From: Clostridium sp. CAG:780
GTDB lineage: Bacteria; Bacillota; Clostridia; TANB77; CAG-508
Length of the DNA stretch: 64,000 bases
NCBI GenBank assembly: GCA_000434195.1
Contig: HF994469.1
Span: 23,122 to 87,121, forward strand
Direction: 5' to 3'
Both the position numbers and the translations under genes were made by a program. Positions 9,342 through 20,413 of this stretch are shown here, piece after piece. Each line of letters starts with the position of its first letter. The stretch's first letter is position 1. The notes under the pieces were generated by a model that worked only from the letters and a program-made list of their open reading frames with translations, had not been told where the DNA came from and did no database searches.

Positions 9342-12323
9342 ATGGAAAATAAAAACGAATACACAAATCCAGGGGATTATAAAATATTTAATCAGCTTGT
9401 AAAAGAATTCTATCATTTCGAGGAAGAGGACGATATATCAGAAGAACGCTCAGAGAAAAAAGGTTATATACATATAGAGCCCAAAATCATATATAACAAA
9501 TTTAATAATGTGCTAAAACTAGAAATAAGAATTGGAGAAAAACAATTTTATAAAATAAAATCATTACCAGAATTTTATGATAGATTTCTAAAGAAAGAAA
9601 CATATAGATATGGTGCAAAACTTGAGTTTGAACATACTAGAGATATGTTTCTAGAAGAAGATAGAAATCTTTTAGATTTTGTGCTTAAATATGCTGAAAT
9701 AATAAAGTATGCGAACGAAGCATCAACAGGATATGATTATTATACAAAAAGATTAGGAGAAGATTCGATTGTACTTTCTAATAGTGGAATAGATGAACTA
9801 TTTAACTGCTTAGAAAATAAAGCAGTTATAATGGAGTGCCAATATAACACGAGAAGTATAGTATTTGTACCAAATGAACCAGATATAAAATTTTCATTTA
9901 AAAAGATAGATGACAATAATTATAAGATATCAACAGATTTAGATATATACGAATATACAATTTACAATGGCAAAGATTACGTGTATATATTAATAGAAAA
10001 TAATTTATATAAATGTTCTAAGAAATATAGTGAAACAGTCCTAAAAATTCTAGAAATTTATAGAAAGAATTTTACTAGAACGATAAAGATGCCAGCAGAC
10101 CAGTTATCAAAATTCTTTTCTATAGTTGAACCAAATATAAAAAATAACTTAGAAATTGATAAAGATGACTATCAAGAAATAAAAGAATATATTCCTGCTC
10201 CACTATATGCAAAATTATATCTAGACTACAATGAGAAAAATTATGTGTTAGCAGATATAAAATTTGTATATGACAATATAGAAATAAACCCATTAGATAA
10301 CCAACCTCACAGTGAACTTTTATCAAGAGAAACAATAAAAGAAGCAAAATTGATAAATATGTTTGTAAAAAGTGGATTTATGTTGGATCAAAAAAATAAC
10401 AGGTTAATTTTAGCTGATGAAGAGAAGATATATAAATTTTTAACAAATGATATTAATTCATATATGAAAAATTTTGAAATCCTTGCAACAGACAACTTCA
10501 GGGAAAAGGAAGTTAAGGGAACAACAAGTGTAAATTTAGGAGTTAGAATAGAAAATAACTTATTGGATGTAGATTTGTCAAACTTAGAATTTAACGCAGA
10601 CGAACTACAAGCAATAATGGAAGGATACAAATTAAAGAAAAAGTATTACAGATTAAAAAATGGAAGTTTTGTTGTATTAGAAGATAATGAAACTATAAAA
10701 TTTATAGACAGCATAACAAAAGATATTGATATAGATTATAGCAAGATAAAGAATAACACCTTGAAATTACCAATGTATAGAGCCTTATATTTGGAAAAAA
10801 TATTAGAACAAAATCAATTTATAAAAGCAACCAAAGATGATAAATATAAGGATTTAGTAGAAAATATAGACATAAAAGAAATAAATGCAGAAATGCAAAT
10901 GCCTAAGAATTTAAATGCAAATTTAAGAGAATACCAAAAAATAGGAGTAAAATGGTTAGAAACATTAGACTATTATGGTTTGGGTGGAATATTAGCTGAT
11001 GATATGGGACTAGGAAAAACTGTACAAATATTAGCTGTTATCTGCCAATATCTAGAGAGTGAAAAAAATGCAAAACCAACATTAATTGTGTGCCCAAGCT
11101 CATTGTGTTTAAATTGGCAGAACGAAGCGGAAAAGTTTACTAAAAATGTTAGTTCAATAGTAATACACGGAAGCTTAGAAGAAAGACAAAAACAGATAAA
11201 GTCAATTCCTAAATTTAATATAGTAATAACCTCATATGAATTGTTAAAAAGAGATATAGAAGAATACAAAAAATATGATTATGAATTCAGATACTTAATT
11301 GCAGATGAAGCACAATACATAAAAAACAACAATACACAAAATGCAAAAGCGATAAAATATGTTACAGCCAAAACAAGATTTGCTTTGACAGGAACTCCAA
11401 TAGAAAATGCATTATCAGAGTTATGGTCAATATTTGATTTTATAATGCCAGGATATTTATTTAATTACAGGAAATTTAAGGAGTTATATGAAACTCCAAT
11501 AGTAAAAGAAAATGATGCTCAAGCAATGGAAAAACTTAAACAATTAATAGAACCATTTGTATTAAGAAGAATAAAAAAAGAGGTTCTAAAAGAGTTACCA
11601 GATAAGACGATAACAGTGCTAACAAGTCAAATGGTAGATGAGCAACAAGACATATATCTATCATATTTAGCACAAGCTAAAAAAGATGCATTTGCTGAGA
11701 TAAAAGAAAATGGAATAGAGAAAAGTCAAATAAAAATATTAGCATTACTTACAAGACTAAGACAGATATGTTGCCATCCAAGCTTGTTTATAGAGAATTA
11801 TAAAGGAGAAAGTGGAAAGCTAAATCAATGTATAGAAATTGTAAAAGATGCAATTCAATCTGGACATAAAATATTACTATTTTCAGGATATGCTACCATG
11901 TTTGAGATTATAGAAAAAGAATTAAAGAAAGAAAACATAGAATATTTAAAATTAACAGGTCAAACAAAAGTGTCTGACAGAATTGATTTAGTGAATGAAT
12001 TTAACAACAATCCAGACAAAAAATTATTCTTAATTTCATTAAAGGCTGGAGGAACAGGACTAAATTTAATTGGAGCAGATATGGTAATACACTATGATCC
12101 TTGGTGGAATTTGTCTGCTGAAAATCAAGCAACAGATAGAACATATAGAATTGGCCAAAAGAAAAATGTGCAAGTCTATAAGCTAATAACAAAAAATTCA
12201 ATAGAAGAAAAAATTTACGAATTGCAAAAAAGAAAAGAAACCTTAATTGACAGTATGCTTTCAGTAAATCAAACATTTATTAGTAAACTATCAAAAGAAG
12301 ATATCATGAATTTATTTGAGTAA
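9342..12323 (+). CDS. SNF2/RapA-family DEAD/H helicase with a long N-terminal domain (993 aa)
   Basis: ILADDMGLGKT (motif I), LIADEAQYIKN (DEAQ box), GGTGLNL and QATDRTYRIGQ helicase-C motifs. Confidence 0.9.
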   Translation: MENKNEYTNPGDYKIFNQLVKEFYHFEEEDDISEERSEKKGYIHIEPKIIYNKFNNVLKLEIRIGEKQFYKIKSLPEFYDRFLKKETYRYGAKLEFEHTRDMFLEEDRNLLDFVLKYAEIIKYANEASTGYDYYTKRLGEDSIVLSNSGIDELFNCLENKAVIMECQYNTRSIVFVPNEPDIKFSFKKIDDNNYKISTDLDIYEYTIYNGKDYVYILIENNLYKCSKKYSETVLKILEIYRKNFTRTIKMPADQLSKFFSIVEPNIKNNLEIDKDDYQEIKEYIPAPLYAKLYLDYNEKNYVLADIKFVYDNIEINPLDNQPHSELLSRETIKEAKLINMFVKSGFMLDQKNNRLILADEEKIYKFLTNDINSYMKNFEILATDNFREKEVKGTTSVNLGVRIENNLLDVDLSNLEFNADELQAIMEGYKLKKKYYRLKNGSFVVLEDNETIKFIDSITKDIDIDYSKIKNNTLKLPMYRALYLEKILEQNQFIKATKDDKYKDLVENIDIKEINAEMQMPKNLNANLREYQKIGVKWLETLDYYGLGGILADDMGLGKTVQILAVICQYLESEKNAKPTLIVCPSSLCLNWQNEAEKFTKNVSSIVIHGSLEERQKQIKSIPKFNIVITSYELLKRDIEEYKKYDYEFRYLIADEAQYIKNNNTQNAKAIKYVTAKTRFALTGTPIENALSELWSIFDFIMPGYLFNYRKFKELYETPIVKENDAQAMEKLKQLIEPFVLRRIKKEVLKELPDKTITVLTSQMVDEQQDIYLSYLAQAKKDAFAEIKENGIEKSQIKILALLTRLRQICCHPSLFIENYKGESGKLNQCIEIVKDAIQSGHKILLFSGYATMFEIIEKELKKENIEYLKLTGQTKVSDRIDLVNEFNNNPDKKLFLISLKAGGTGLNLIGADMVIHYDPWWNLSAENQATDRTYRIGQKKNVQVYKLITKNSIEEKIYELQKRKETLIDSMLSVNQTFISKLSKEDIMNLFE

Positions 12324-12333
12324 GGAGCGAGAA

Positions 12334-13704
12334 ATGAACAACGAAATTATTGTAATTGGTGGAGGTTTAGCGGGCTGTGAAGCTACTTACCAAATAGCCA
12401 AAAGAGGAATAAAAGTAAAACTATATGAAATGAAACCAGACAAATTTTCTCCTGCACATACAAATAAAAACCTAGCAGAAATAGTTTGTAGTAATTCATT
12501 TAAATCAAATTTACATACGAATGCTTGTGGACTATTAAAGGAAGAATTAAGAAAATTAGATTCACTATTGATAAAAGTAGCAGATGAAACAAGTGTGCCT
12601 GCAGGACAAGCATTAGCAGTTGATAGAGAAGAGTTTGCTAAAAAGGTAACTGAAAAGTTAGAGCAAATGGAGAACGTAACAATAGAAAGAACAGAGGTTG
12701 GAGGAGGACTTATATCATTAAAAGAACTTGCAAAAGATTCAATAGTAATTATAGCAACAGGCCCACTGACCTCGGACAATCTATCAAAAGAAATATTGGA
12801 AATAACAGGACAAGAAGATATGCATTTTTATGATGCAGCAGCTCCAATAATTTCAAAAGATAGCATAGATATGAACATAGCTTTTTATGGTAATAGATAT
12901 GAACAAGAAAGACCAAAAGATATGGATGTAGAAGAATGGAAGAATAGTGCAAAAGATGTGGACAAAAGCTATATAAATTTACCTATGAACAAAGAAGAAT
13001 ATGAGAATTTCTATAATGAGTTGGTAAATGCACAAGTAGTAGAGTTGCATCAATTTGAAAAAAGAGAAATATTTGAAGGATGTATGCCTGTTGAAGTAAT
13101 GGCAAAAAGAGGAATTGATACACTAAGATATGGGCCACTAAAACCAATGGGTTTTACGGATCCAAGAACTGGACACAGACCATATGCACTAGTACAACTT
13201 AGACAAGACAACAAAGAAGCTAGTATATATAACATTGTTGGATTTCAAACAAATTTAAAATTTGGAGAACAAAAAAGAGTATTTAGTATGATACCAGGTC
13301 TTGAAAATGCAGAATTTATGAAATATGGAGTAATGCACAGAAATACATTTATAAATTCTACAAAGCTATTAGATAAGACGTATAATTTAAAAAATAACAA
13401 TAATATCTATTTTGCAGGACAAATAACAGGAGTTGAAGGATATGTAGAATCGATATCTTCTGGACTAGTGGCAGGAATCAATGCTGTTAGAAAATTAGAA
13501 AACCAAGAAAAAGCTGAATTTTCTGAATATACAATGATAGGAGCGTTAGCAAATTACATATCAACTCCAAACGATAAATTCCAACCAATGAATGCAAACT
13601 TTGGGATACTTCCTGAGCTAGAAGGAAAAAGAATATCTGACAAAAAGCTAAAATATGGCAAATTATCAGATAGAGCAATAGAAAATCTGACAATATTTCA
13701 ATAG
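12334..13704 (+). CDS. trmFO: Methylenetetrahydrofolate--tRNA-(uracil54-C5)-methyltransferase
   Basis: IIVIGGGLAGCEA FAD fold, GQITGVEGYVES motif, about 450 aa. AAGGAG RBS before ATG 12334; the track start 12316 is a TTG overlapping the upstream stop. Confidence 0.92.
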   Translation: MNNEIIVIGGGLAGCEATYQIAKRGIKVKLYEMKPDKFSPAHTNKNLAEIVCSNSFKSNLHTNACGLLKEELRKLDSLLIKVADETSVPAGQALAVDREEFAKKVTEKLEQMENVTIERTEVGGGLISLKELAKDSIVIIATGPLTSDNLSKEILEITGQEDMHFYDAAAPIISKDSIDMNIAFYGNRYEQERPKDMDVEEWKNSAKDVDKSYINLPMNKEEYENFYNELVNAQVVELHQFEKREIFEGCMPVEVMAKRGIDTLRYGPLKPMGFTDPRTGHRPYALVQLRQDNKEASIYNIVGFQTNLKFGEQKRVFSMIPGLENAEFMKYGVMHRNTFINSTKLLDKTYNLKNNNNIYFAGQITGVEGYVESISSGLVAGINAVRKLENQEKAEFSEYTMIGALANYISTPNDKFQPMNANFGILPELEGKRISDKKLKYGKLSDRAIENLTIFQ

Positions 13705-13807
13705 TATTAAATTTTTATTACAATTCGATTAAAACCATAAAAAAACGTAAATTTATATGTTATACTCAGATTGAATAGTATGAACCGTATTAAATTAACA
13801 TAAAGTA

Positions 13808-13836
13808 TTGCAAAAACATACAAAATATGGTAAAAT
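13808..13836 (+). promoter_or_regulatory. Extended -10 promoter
   Basis: TTGCAA, 17 nt, TGgTAAAAT. Confidence 0.5.
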
Positions 13837-13880
13837 AGAAACAGAGTGAAAAAGTTTTTTATTTGGAAAGGGGAACTTAT

Positions 13881-14027
13881 ATGGAAGAAAATATGTTAAA
13901 CATATCAAAAGAACAATTAGAAAAATTATCAATAGAGGAATTAGCAGACTTAAAGGTTAAGGTAGATAACTTAATGAACAAAATAAATAATGCAATAGAA
14001 GAGTGCGATAAAGCACTAAATTCATAA
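13881..14027 (+). CDS. Small helical protein, 48 aa (MEENMLNISKEQLEKLSIEELADLKVKVDNLMNKINNAIEECDKALNS); below the ORF-track cut-off
   Basis: GGAAAGGGGA RBS; stop lies 18 nt before the next gene's ATG; heptad-like Leu/Ile spacing. Confidence 0.45.
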   Translation: MEENMLNISKEQLEKLSIEELADLKVKVDNLMNKINNAIEECDKALNS

Positions 14028-14045
14028 TAAAAGGAGAGTAAAATT

Positions 14046-15236
14046 ATGGAGAAAATTGAATTTGAAGGATTAACAGAAGCGTATAAAGATTATGCTGAAA
14101 GAATAAAATCAGCGACCGAAAGAATCACAGCCTTAGAAAGAAAGCTAAATATAAGAAGAATTAACTTAAATTTTAATGAGCAAACAAAAAAATATTATGA
14201 TGAACAAAAAAAATTAGGGATAGATGTGGCAGAGATCTTATATAACGACTTACAAGACGAACAAAAAAAATATAAAGAAGAAATAGAGAAAATTAGTTCA
14301 GAATTAAGAAAAGAACAACTTATGTTGGAACCAATAAAACAAGGATTAGACAAATACATAGAACAAGTAACATCAGATCCAGAGGTATTAGAATATATTA
14401 ATAGTGAATTAGAAAAAGGGTATAAAAAAAGCAAAGAAGGCGCAGAAGAAAAGAAAAGCAAGGCAGAAAAAAAGAAAGAAATACTAGATCAAATAAAGAA
14501 TGACCCAGATGCTCAAAAAGAAATAGGAAATCTTATAGAAATAGCACAAGAAATGTCTGATATAAGAAACGAGATGGATGGCAAGGACGAAAATTCAGAA
14601 GAATATAAAGCTTTACAAGAAAAACTAACAAATAAAGAAAAAGAAGTTCAAGACAAGAAAGAAAAAATTACTACTGCAATATGTGGATTTAAAAAAGATA
14701 ATAAAGATATTGTAAAGGAAATGCTAGACAATTTAGTAATGAATAACAAGAAAGATAAAGATGGAAAACTAAATATAGAAGAAACACTAAATGCTAATAT
14801 TGCTCTAGAAAATGGCAACATAGAAAGTGCTAATAAAGACATAAAATCTAATGAATTGGCGATACAAGAAATTACTGGCAGAACTCCACAACAAGTAGGA
14901 AACTCAAACCCAGAGAAAGAAGAACCAGAACAAACTGGTGCACCAAAAAAACAAAACTTGTTTAGGAGAATAGCTAACAACATAAAAATGTTATTTAGTA
15001 AAGAAAATCCAGAAGCATTACCTGAAGGTAAACCACAGCAACAAGGACAACAACCGGCACAACAAACAGCTCAACAACCAGAGCAACAACAAGAAGAATC
15101 AGAATTTATAAAAGGTCTAAAAGAAAATCCTATGGTAAACGAAATTATAGCAAATAGAAGAGCTGAAATAGACAAAAAAGTAAAAGAAAGCCAACAACCA
15201 GCACAACAACAAGAAAATGATGAACTAGGAAGATAA
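14046..15236 (+). CDS. K/E-rich coiled-coil protein with a Q/P-rich C-terminal region (396 aa)
   Basis: AAGGAGAG RBS; long charged heptad stretches; QQGQQPAQQTAQQPEQQQEE low-complexity tract. Confidence 0.7.
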   Translation: MEKIEFEGLTEAYKDYAERIKSATERITALERKLNIRRINLNFNEQTKKYYDEQKKLGIDVAEILYNDLQDEQKKYKEEIEKISSELRKEQLMLEPIKQGLDKYIEQVTSDPEVLEYINSELEKGYKKSKEGAEEKKSKAEKKKEILDQIKNDPDAQKEIGNLIEIAQEMSDIRNEMDGKDENSEEYKALQEKLTNKEKEVQDKKEKITTAICGFKKDNKDIVKEMLDNLVMNNKKDKDGKLNIEETLNANIALENGNIESANKDIKSNELAIQEITGRTPQQVGNSNPEKEEPEQTGAPKKQNLFRRIANNIKMLFSKENPEALPEGKPQQQGQQPAQQTAQQPEQQQEESEFIKGLKENPMVNEIIANRRAEIDKKVKESQQPAQQQENDELGR

Positions 15237-15241
15237 AATTA

Positions 15242-15282
15242 AAAATCAACTGTACTAAAATCAAAAGTACAGTTGATTTTTT
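15242..15282 (+). terminator. Rho-independent terminator
   Basis: aaatcaactgtac/gtacagttgattt stem followed by TTTTT. Confidence 0.75.
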
Positions 15283-15338
15283 GTGCCATTTTATTATATA
15301 ATTGCACATATGAATAAAATAAATAAGGAAGAATAGAA

Positions 15339-15941
15339 ATGAAAAAAATATTGTTTGTAATAGCAATGCAAAAAGAGGCTACAAAAATAGCAGAAGAGCT
15401 GAAATTAAACAAAATAACAGAAAACCAATATTCAAGAGATAATATAACATTAATAATAACCGGAGTTGGAAAACAGCAAACCGCAATTGGGTTAGTAAGT
15501 TATCTTGAAAACAATAAAGAAAGTAAACCAGACATAATAATTAATATGGGATATGTTGGCTCAACAAATTCCAAAATAGGACAATGGGTAAATGTAAATA
15601 AATCATATAATTATGAATGGAATATACCAGGAGAAGAAAGATATACAATTATAGGCTATGATAGAGAGAAAATATCAACACTTGATAATGCAAACATAAA
15701 AATATTGCCTTGTTATAGTGCAGAATGTTTTGTAACAAGCACAGATATAAAAGAAGATGCAGTATTTGATATGGAATTACATTCTATATATATGATATGT
15801 TGCAAATACGATATTGAATTAATATCCTTAAAAAAGGTAAGCGATAATTTAAGCTTAGAAAATTATTACGAAAACATAAAAATGGAAGAAGTAATGGAAC
15901 TAACAAGTGGGCTAAGTTACTTAAAAGAAATTATAATGTAA
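15339..15941 (+). CDS. Nucleoside phosphorylase-fold protein (MTA/SAH nucleosidase-like), short form (200 aa)
   Basis: FVIAMQKEA and ITGVGKQQTAIG segments resemble the PNP_UDP_1/Pfs family. Confidence 0.55.
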   Translation: MKKILFVIAMQKEATKIAEELKLNKITENQYSRDNITLIITGVGKQQTAIGLVSYLENNKESKPDIIINMGYVGSTNSKIGQWVNVNKSYNYEWNIPGEERYTIIGYDREKISTLDNANIKILPCYSAECFVTSTDIKEDAVFDMELHSIYMICCKYDIELISLKKVSDNLSLENYYENIKMEEVMELTSGLSYLKEIIM

Positions 15942-15956
15942 TCAAAGGGGAAAGAA

Positions 15957-18900
15957 ATGTATTTAAAAAGACTAGAATTACAAGGATTTAAATCCTTTGC
16001 AGATAAAACAGTATTAGAATTCAAACCAGGAATAACATCTGTAATTGGACCAAATGGTTCTGGAAAGAGTAATATATCTGATAGTATAAGATGGGTTTTA
16101 GGAGAACAAAGTATGAAATCTCTAAGAGGCTCAAAAGCAGAAGATATAATATTTGCAGGAACTCAAAACAGAAAATCATTAGGCTTTGCAGAGGCTTCAA
16201 TAATTATAGACAACTCTGACGGGAAATTGCCAATAGAGTATAATGAAGTTACAGTAACAAGAAAAATATACAGAAGTGGCGAAACAGGATACTTTATAAA
16301 CAAAGTACCTTGCAGATTAAAAGATATACTAGAGTTGTTTATGGATACTGGAATAGGAAAAGATGGCTATTCTATAATAGGACAAGGAAAAATCGACGAG
16401 ATATTAAGCAATAAATCAGAAGACAGAAGACATATCTTTGAAGAAGCTGCTGGAATTGTAAAATATAGAACAAGAAAAATGGAATCTGAGAAAAAGCTAG
16501 AACAGACTAAACTAAACTTACTTCGTATAAACGACATACTAGCAGAGATAGAAGGACAATTAGATCCGTTAAAAATGCAATCAGAAAAAGCTAAAAAGTT
16601 TTTAAGTTTAAGAGAAGAATTAAAAGACATAGAAATTGGATTATTTGTATTTAAAATAAATGAATATAAAGAAAAAATCAGCAAGGTTGCAGAAGATTTA
16701 AAAACGTTAGAAGACCAAGAATTAGCAGAAAATACAAAGTTAGAAGAAGGACAATTTCAAAAAGAAGAGTTAAAAAATAAAATAGATGAATTAACACAAG
16801 CCATTGAAGATATGCAAAACATAGGATTTGAGAGTAAAACAAAGATAGAGCAGATTAATTCTCAAATAGGTATATCAAAAGAGAGAATATCAAACAATTC
16901 TGCTAATATAGAAAGATTACAAAAAGAGATAGAAGAGCTGAAAGTGAGAATTCAAGAGTTCAACGAAGAAAAAGAAAACAAATTATCAAAAAGAGAGAAT
17001 CTTTCTAAAAACAAAGAAAAATTTGAGAAAGAATTAAAAGAAAAAGAAGAAGAACTTGCAAAGTTGTCAGAAAAATTATCTACAAAAGAATTAGAAATAG
17101 AAGATAAAAAGAAGAAAGTAGAATTAGACACAGATGCAAGATATGAAAGATTATCTGAAATTAATACATATGATGTAAACTTTGAAAACTTAGAAAAGAC
17201 AAAGAAAAATGTAAAACAAGAATTGCAAATTACAGTGTCAGAACTAGATTCAAACAGAATAAAGAAACAGGATATAGCAAAAAACTTCTTAGAAATTGAT
17301 AACACTAGAAATAAAGCTATAAAGAAACTAGAAGAAATAAAAGATAAAAAAGAAAAAGCAATAAATGCAATTAAAGAATATGATAACAAGATTAACAATT
17401 TAACTGCAGAATACAGAATGAAAGAATCAAGATGCAAATTCTTGCAAGAAACAGAAAAAGATAAAGATGGATATATAAAAAGTGTCAAATCCTTGCTATT
17501 AGCTTGCGAAAAAGACGCTAGCTTAAATAAAGGTGTAGAAGGAGTTTTAGCAAGTTTAATTTCAGTAGATAAGAAATACGAAACAGCAATAGAAATGTGC
17601 TTGGGACAATCAATGCAAAACATTGTTACAGAGAATGAAAATGATGCCAAAAAGCTAATAGAATATCTAAGAAATAACAATTTAGGTAGAGCAAGTTTCT
17701 TACCAATAACTTCTGTAAAAGGCAAAAAATTAGAAAAATTTAAAAAAGTGGATGGAGTTGTCGGTATAGCATCAGACTTAATAAGCTATAACAAAAAATA
17801 CCAAGACATAATATTAAGCTTGCTAGGAAGAACTATAATAGTAGAGAAGATGGACAATGCAATATCTCTTGCAAAAGCAAATGATTATTCATTTAGAATA
17901 GTAACATTAGAAGGAGATGTAATAAATCCATCAGGAGCAATTAGTGGTGGTTCTGTTGCACAAAAAACTGTAAATATTCTAGGAAGAAGCAGAGAAATAG
18001 AAGAAATAAAAGCAAAACTAGAAGAAATAAATAAACAGATAGAAAAAATAACAAAAGAAAAAGAAGAATTTTCAGCAAGTATAACTGATACAATAGAAGA
18101 ATCTGCAAAGCTAGAAAAAGAGTTACAAGAAATAGAAATAACATATGCAACAAGACATCAAGAATTAGAAATGATAGAGACTCAAATTGTAAAATTAGAA
18201 GAAAAAGTTACAAAATTAAAGAAACAATTAGATGATATAGAAACAGAAAAAGCTAATATTCAAACTTCTAAAGAAGGAACAAAGCAAGTAATAGAAAACT
18301 TAGATAAAGAAATAGCAGAGTTAAATCAGGAAATATCTAAATTTGCAGAGCTTAATAAAGATGACCAGACATATATAGACAACTTAAATACTGACATAAC
18401 AGATTTAAAAATATCTGTATCATCATTTGATGAAAGTGATGCTTCAATTAATGAAATGCTAGAAAGAATTGATGCTGACATTAAAAATGCCAACACAAGT
18501 ATTGATACGAAATTGCAGGAAATTGAAGATAAAAAACAAGATACAATAAAGCTAGAAGAAGATATAGAAAACTTTGGTAAAGAAATAGAAACAATAAAGG
18601 CAGAAGTATCAAATAGCTCAGAAAAAATAGAAAATTTGAAACAAGAAAAAATAGAGGCAAATGCTAAATTAGAAAAGGCAGAAGCAAGAATAGAAGAGCA
18701 ATATGAGGTAATAAATTCATTAAAAGCACAAATCGTAAAGATTGGAACAAACAAACAAAAACAAGAACAAGATTTAGAAGAACTAATTAACAAACTATGG
18801 AATGAATATGAGATTACACCAAATAATGCAACTGAATATAAAAAACCTGATAATGTACAATTAGCACAGAAAAAGACTAATGAATTAAGAAAAGAAATTG

Positions 18901-19499
18901 CAGACTTAGGAAGCATAAACATAGATTCAATAGAAGCCTATAAAAAAATGCAAGAAAGATACGACTTTATGAATGAACAAAGATTTGACTTAGAAGAATC
19001 TATAATAAAACTAAGAAATGTAATATCAGAAATGATAAACACAATGCAAAAACAATTTGCCGAAAAATTTAAAGAAATAAACAAAAACTTCAATGAAGTA
19101 TTTTGTGAATTGTTTGGAGGAGGAAAGGCAGAGCTAATACTAGAAAATGAAGCAGACATATTAGAGTGTGGAATAGACATAAGAGTACAACCACCAGGAA
19201 AGAAACTTCAAAATATGATGCTTCTATCAGGAGGAGAAAAAGCATTAACAGCAATAGCAATATTATTTGCAATATTAAAAATAAACCCAGCTCCATTCTG
19301 CATATTAGATGAAATCGAAGCAGCATTAGATGACGTAAATGTTGGAAGATATGCTATGTATCTAAAGAAATTTAGTAAAAATACACAATTCTTAGTTATA
19401 ACACATAGAAAGGGAACAATGGAAATTGCAGACACTGTTTATGGTGTAACAATGGAAGAAAAGGGAATAAGCAAATTACTTTCAATGAAATTAAAATAA
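15957..19499 (+). CDS. smc: Chromosome partition protein Smc
   Basis: Walker A GPNGSGKSN, long coiled coils, hinge, LSGGEKALTAIA signature, Walker B FCILDEIEAALD; 1180 aa. Confidence 0.95.
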   Translation: MYLKRLELQGFKSFADKTVLEFKPGITSVIGPNGSGKSNISDSIRWVLGEQSMKSLRGSKAEDIIFAGTQNRKSLGFAEASIIIDNSDGKLPIEYNEVTVTRKIYRSGETGYFINKVPCRLKDILELFMDTGIGKDGYSIIGQGKIDEILSNKSEDRRHIFEEAAGIVKYRTRKMESEKKLEQTKLNLLRINDILAEIEGQLDPLKMQSEKAKKFLSLREELKDIEIGLFVFKINEYKEKISKVAEDLKTLEDQELAENTKLEEGQFQKEELKNKIDELTQAIEDMQNIGFESKTKIEQINSQIGISKERISNNSANIERLQKEIEELKVRIQEFNEEKENKLSKRENLSKNKEKFEKELKEKEEELAKLSEKLSTKELEIEDKKKKVELDTDARYERLSEINTYDVNFENLEKTKKNVKQELQITVSELDSNRIKKQDIAKNFLEIDNTRNKAIKKLEEIKDKKEKAINAIKEYDNKINNLTAEYRMKESRCKFLQETEKDKDGYIKSVKSLLLACEKDASLNKGVEGVLASLISVDKKYETAIEMCLGQSMQNIVTENENDAKKLIEYLRNNNLGRASFLPITSVKGKKLEKFKKVDGVVGIASDLISYNKKYQDIILSLLGRTIIVEKMDNAISLAKANDYSFRIVTLEGDVINPSGAISGGSVAQKTVNILGRSREIEEIKAKLEEINKQIEKITKEKEEFSASITDTIEESAKLEKELQEIEITYATRHQELEMIETQIVKLEEKVTKLKKQLDDIETEKANIQTSKEGTKQVIENLDKEIAELNQEISKFAELNKDDQTYIDNLNTDITDLKISVSSFDESDASINEMLERIDADIKNANTSIDTKLQEIEDKKQDTIKLEEDIENFGKEIETIKAEVSNSSEKIENLKQEKIEANAKLEKAEARIEEQYEVINSLKAQIVKIGTNKQKQEQDLEELINKLWNEYEITPNNATEYKKPDNVQLAQKKTNELRKEIADLGSINIDSIEAYKKMQERYDFMNEQRFDLEESIIKLRNVISEMINTMQKQFAEKFKEINKNFNEVFCELFGGGKAELILENEADILECGIDIRVQPPGKKLQNMMLLSGGEKALTAIAILFAILKINPAPFCILDEIEAALDDVNVGRYAMYLKKFSKNTQFLVITHRKGTMEIADTVYGVTMEEKGISKLLSMKLK

Positions 19500-19542
19500 T
19501 ATTATATTATAAATTGGAAATAGTAAGAAAAAGGAGATTGTA

Positions 19543-20344
19543 ATGATAAATGATATAAAAATATATTTTTTACTTTTTATGACATATTCAATCTTAGGAT
19601 GGATGCTAGAAGTAACTTGCAAGTTAATACAATATAAAAGATTTATAAACAGAGGATTTCTAATTGGACCATATTGCCCAATATATGGATATGGGGCGAT
19701 ATTAATAACACTTCTTTTGCGGAAAATACAAGACAGATCCCATAACACTATTTGTAATGACAATAGTGTTATGTGGAACGCTAGAATATTTAACTAGCTA
19801 TTTTATGGAAAAAATATTCAAGGCAAGATGGTGGGATTACAGCAAGAGAAAATTTAATTTAAATGGGAGAGTATGTTTAGGAACGCTAGTCCCATTCGGA
19901 ATATTTGGAATGTTGCTGATGTATGTAACAAATCCGTTCTTCTTGGAAAAAATTCAACAATTACCACAGATGTGGCTTGATATATTGTTCTGGTCACTCT
20001 TAGTTATATATATCATAGACAACATTGTTTCAGGTGTAGTAATTGGATATATAAAAAAGACAGAAAAGAGATTTACTCCGGAAGTAGACAATACAGAAGA
20101 AATGACGGAAAAGGTAAAAGCTGTGTTAGAAACAAAATCACCATTGCATAGAAGATTGGTAAAGGCATATCCAAAGTTACAAGCTGTTAAAGTAAAAATA
20201 AAAGAGAAAAAAGAGCAGATAAAAGAGCAAATAGTTGAACAGAAAAAAGAAATCGAAGACAAAGCGAAAAAAGTTGAAGAAAAAGTAGAGAACACAACAA
20301 AAAAGGTAGGACAAAAGGTAAGAGAATTTAAAAACAAAAAGTAG
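19543..20344 (+). CDS. PF06541-type ('putative ABC-transporter type IV') membrane protein with a K/E-rich tail. Needs a +1 frame change near 19720-19727, otherwise it is a pseudogene
   Basis: Frame 0 gives GWMLEV..FINRGFLIGPYCPIYGYGAILITLLLR. Frame +1 continues KYKTDPITLFVMTIVLCGTLEYLTSYFMEKIFKARWWDYS, the conserved family core. The +1 frame is open only from 19709. In-frame CGG at 19720. Confidence 0.8.
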
Positions 20345-20413
20345 AACTTTGTCGGAAAAAGTAGCATAGTATATAGTATAACATCATAAAGGTGTTATAT
20401 GGAGGTGACTTTT

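Noticed and set aside
16952-17725. 257-aa antisense ORF inside smc, and many similar antisense ORFs (e.g. 137-568, 18326-18922, 3210-3809)
   Set aside because: These are Ser/Phe/Leu-rich mirror translations of K/E-rich or hydrophobic genes in AT-rich DNA. None has an RBS or a recognisable motif.
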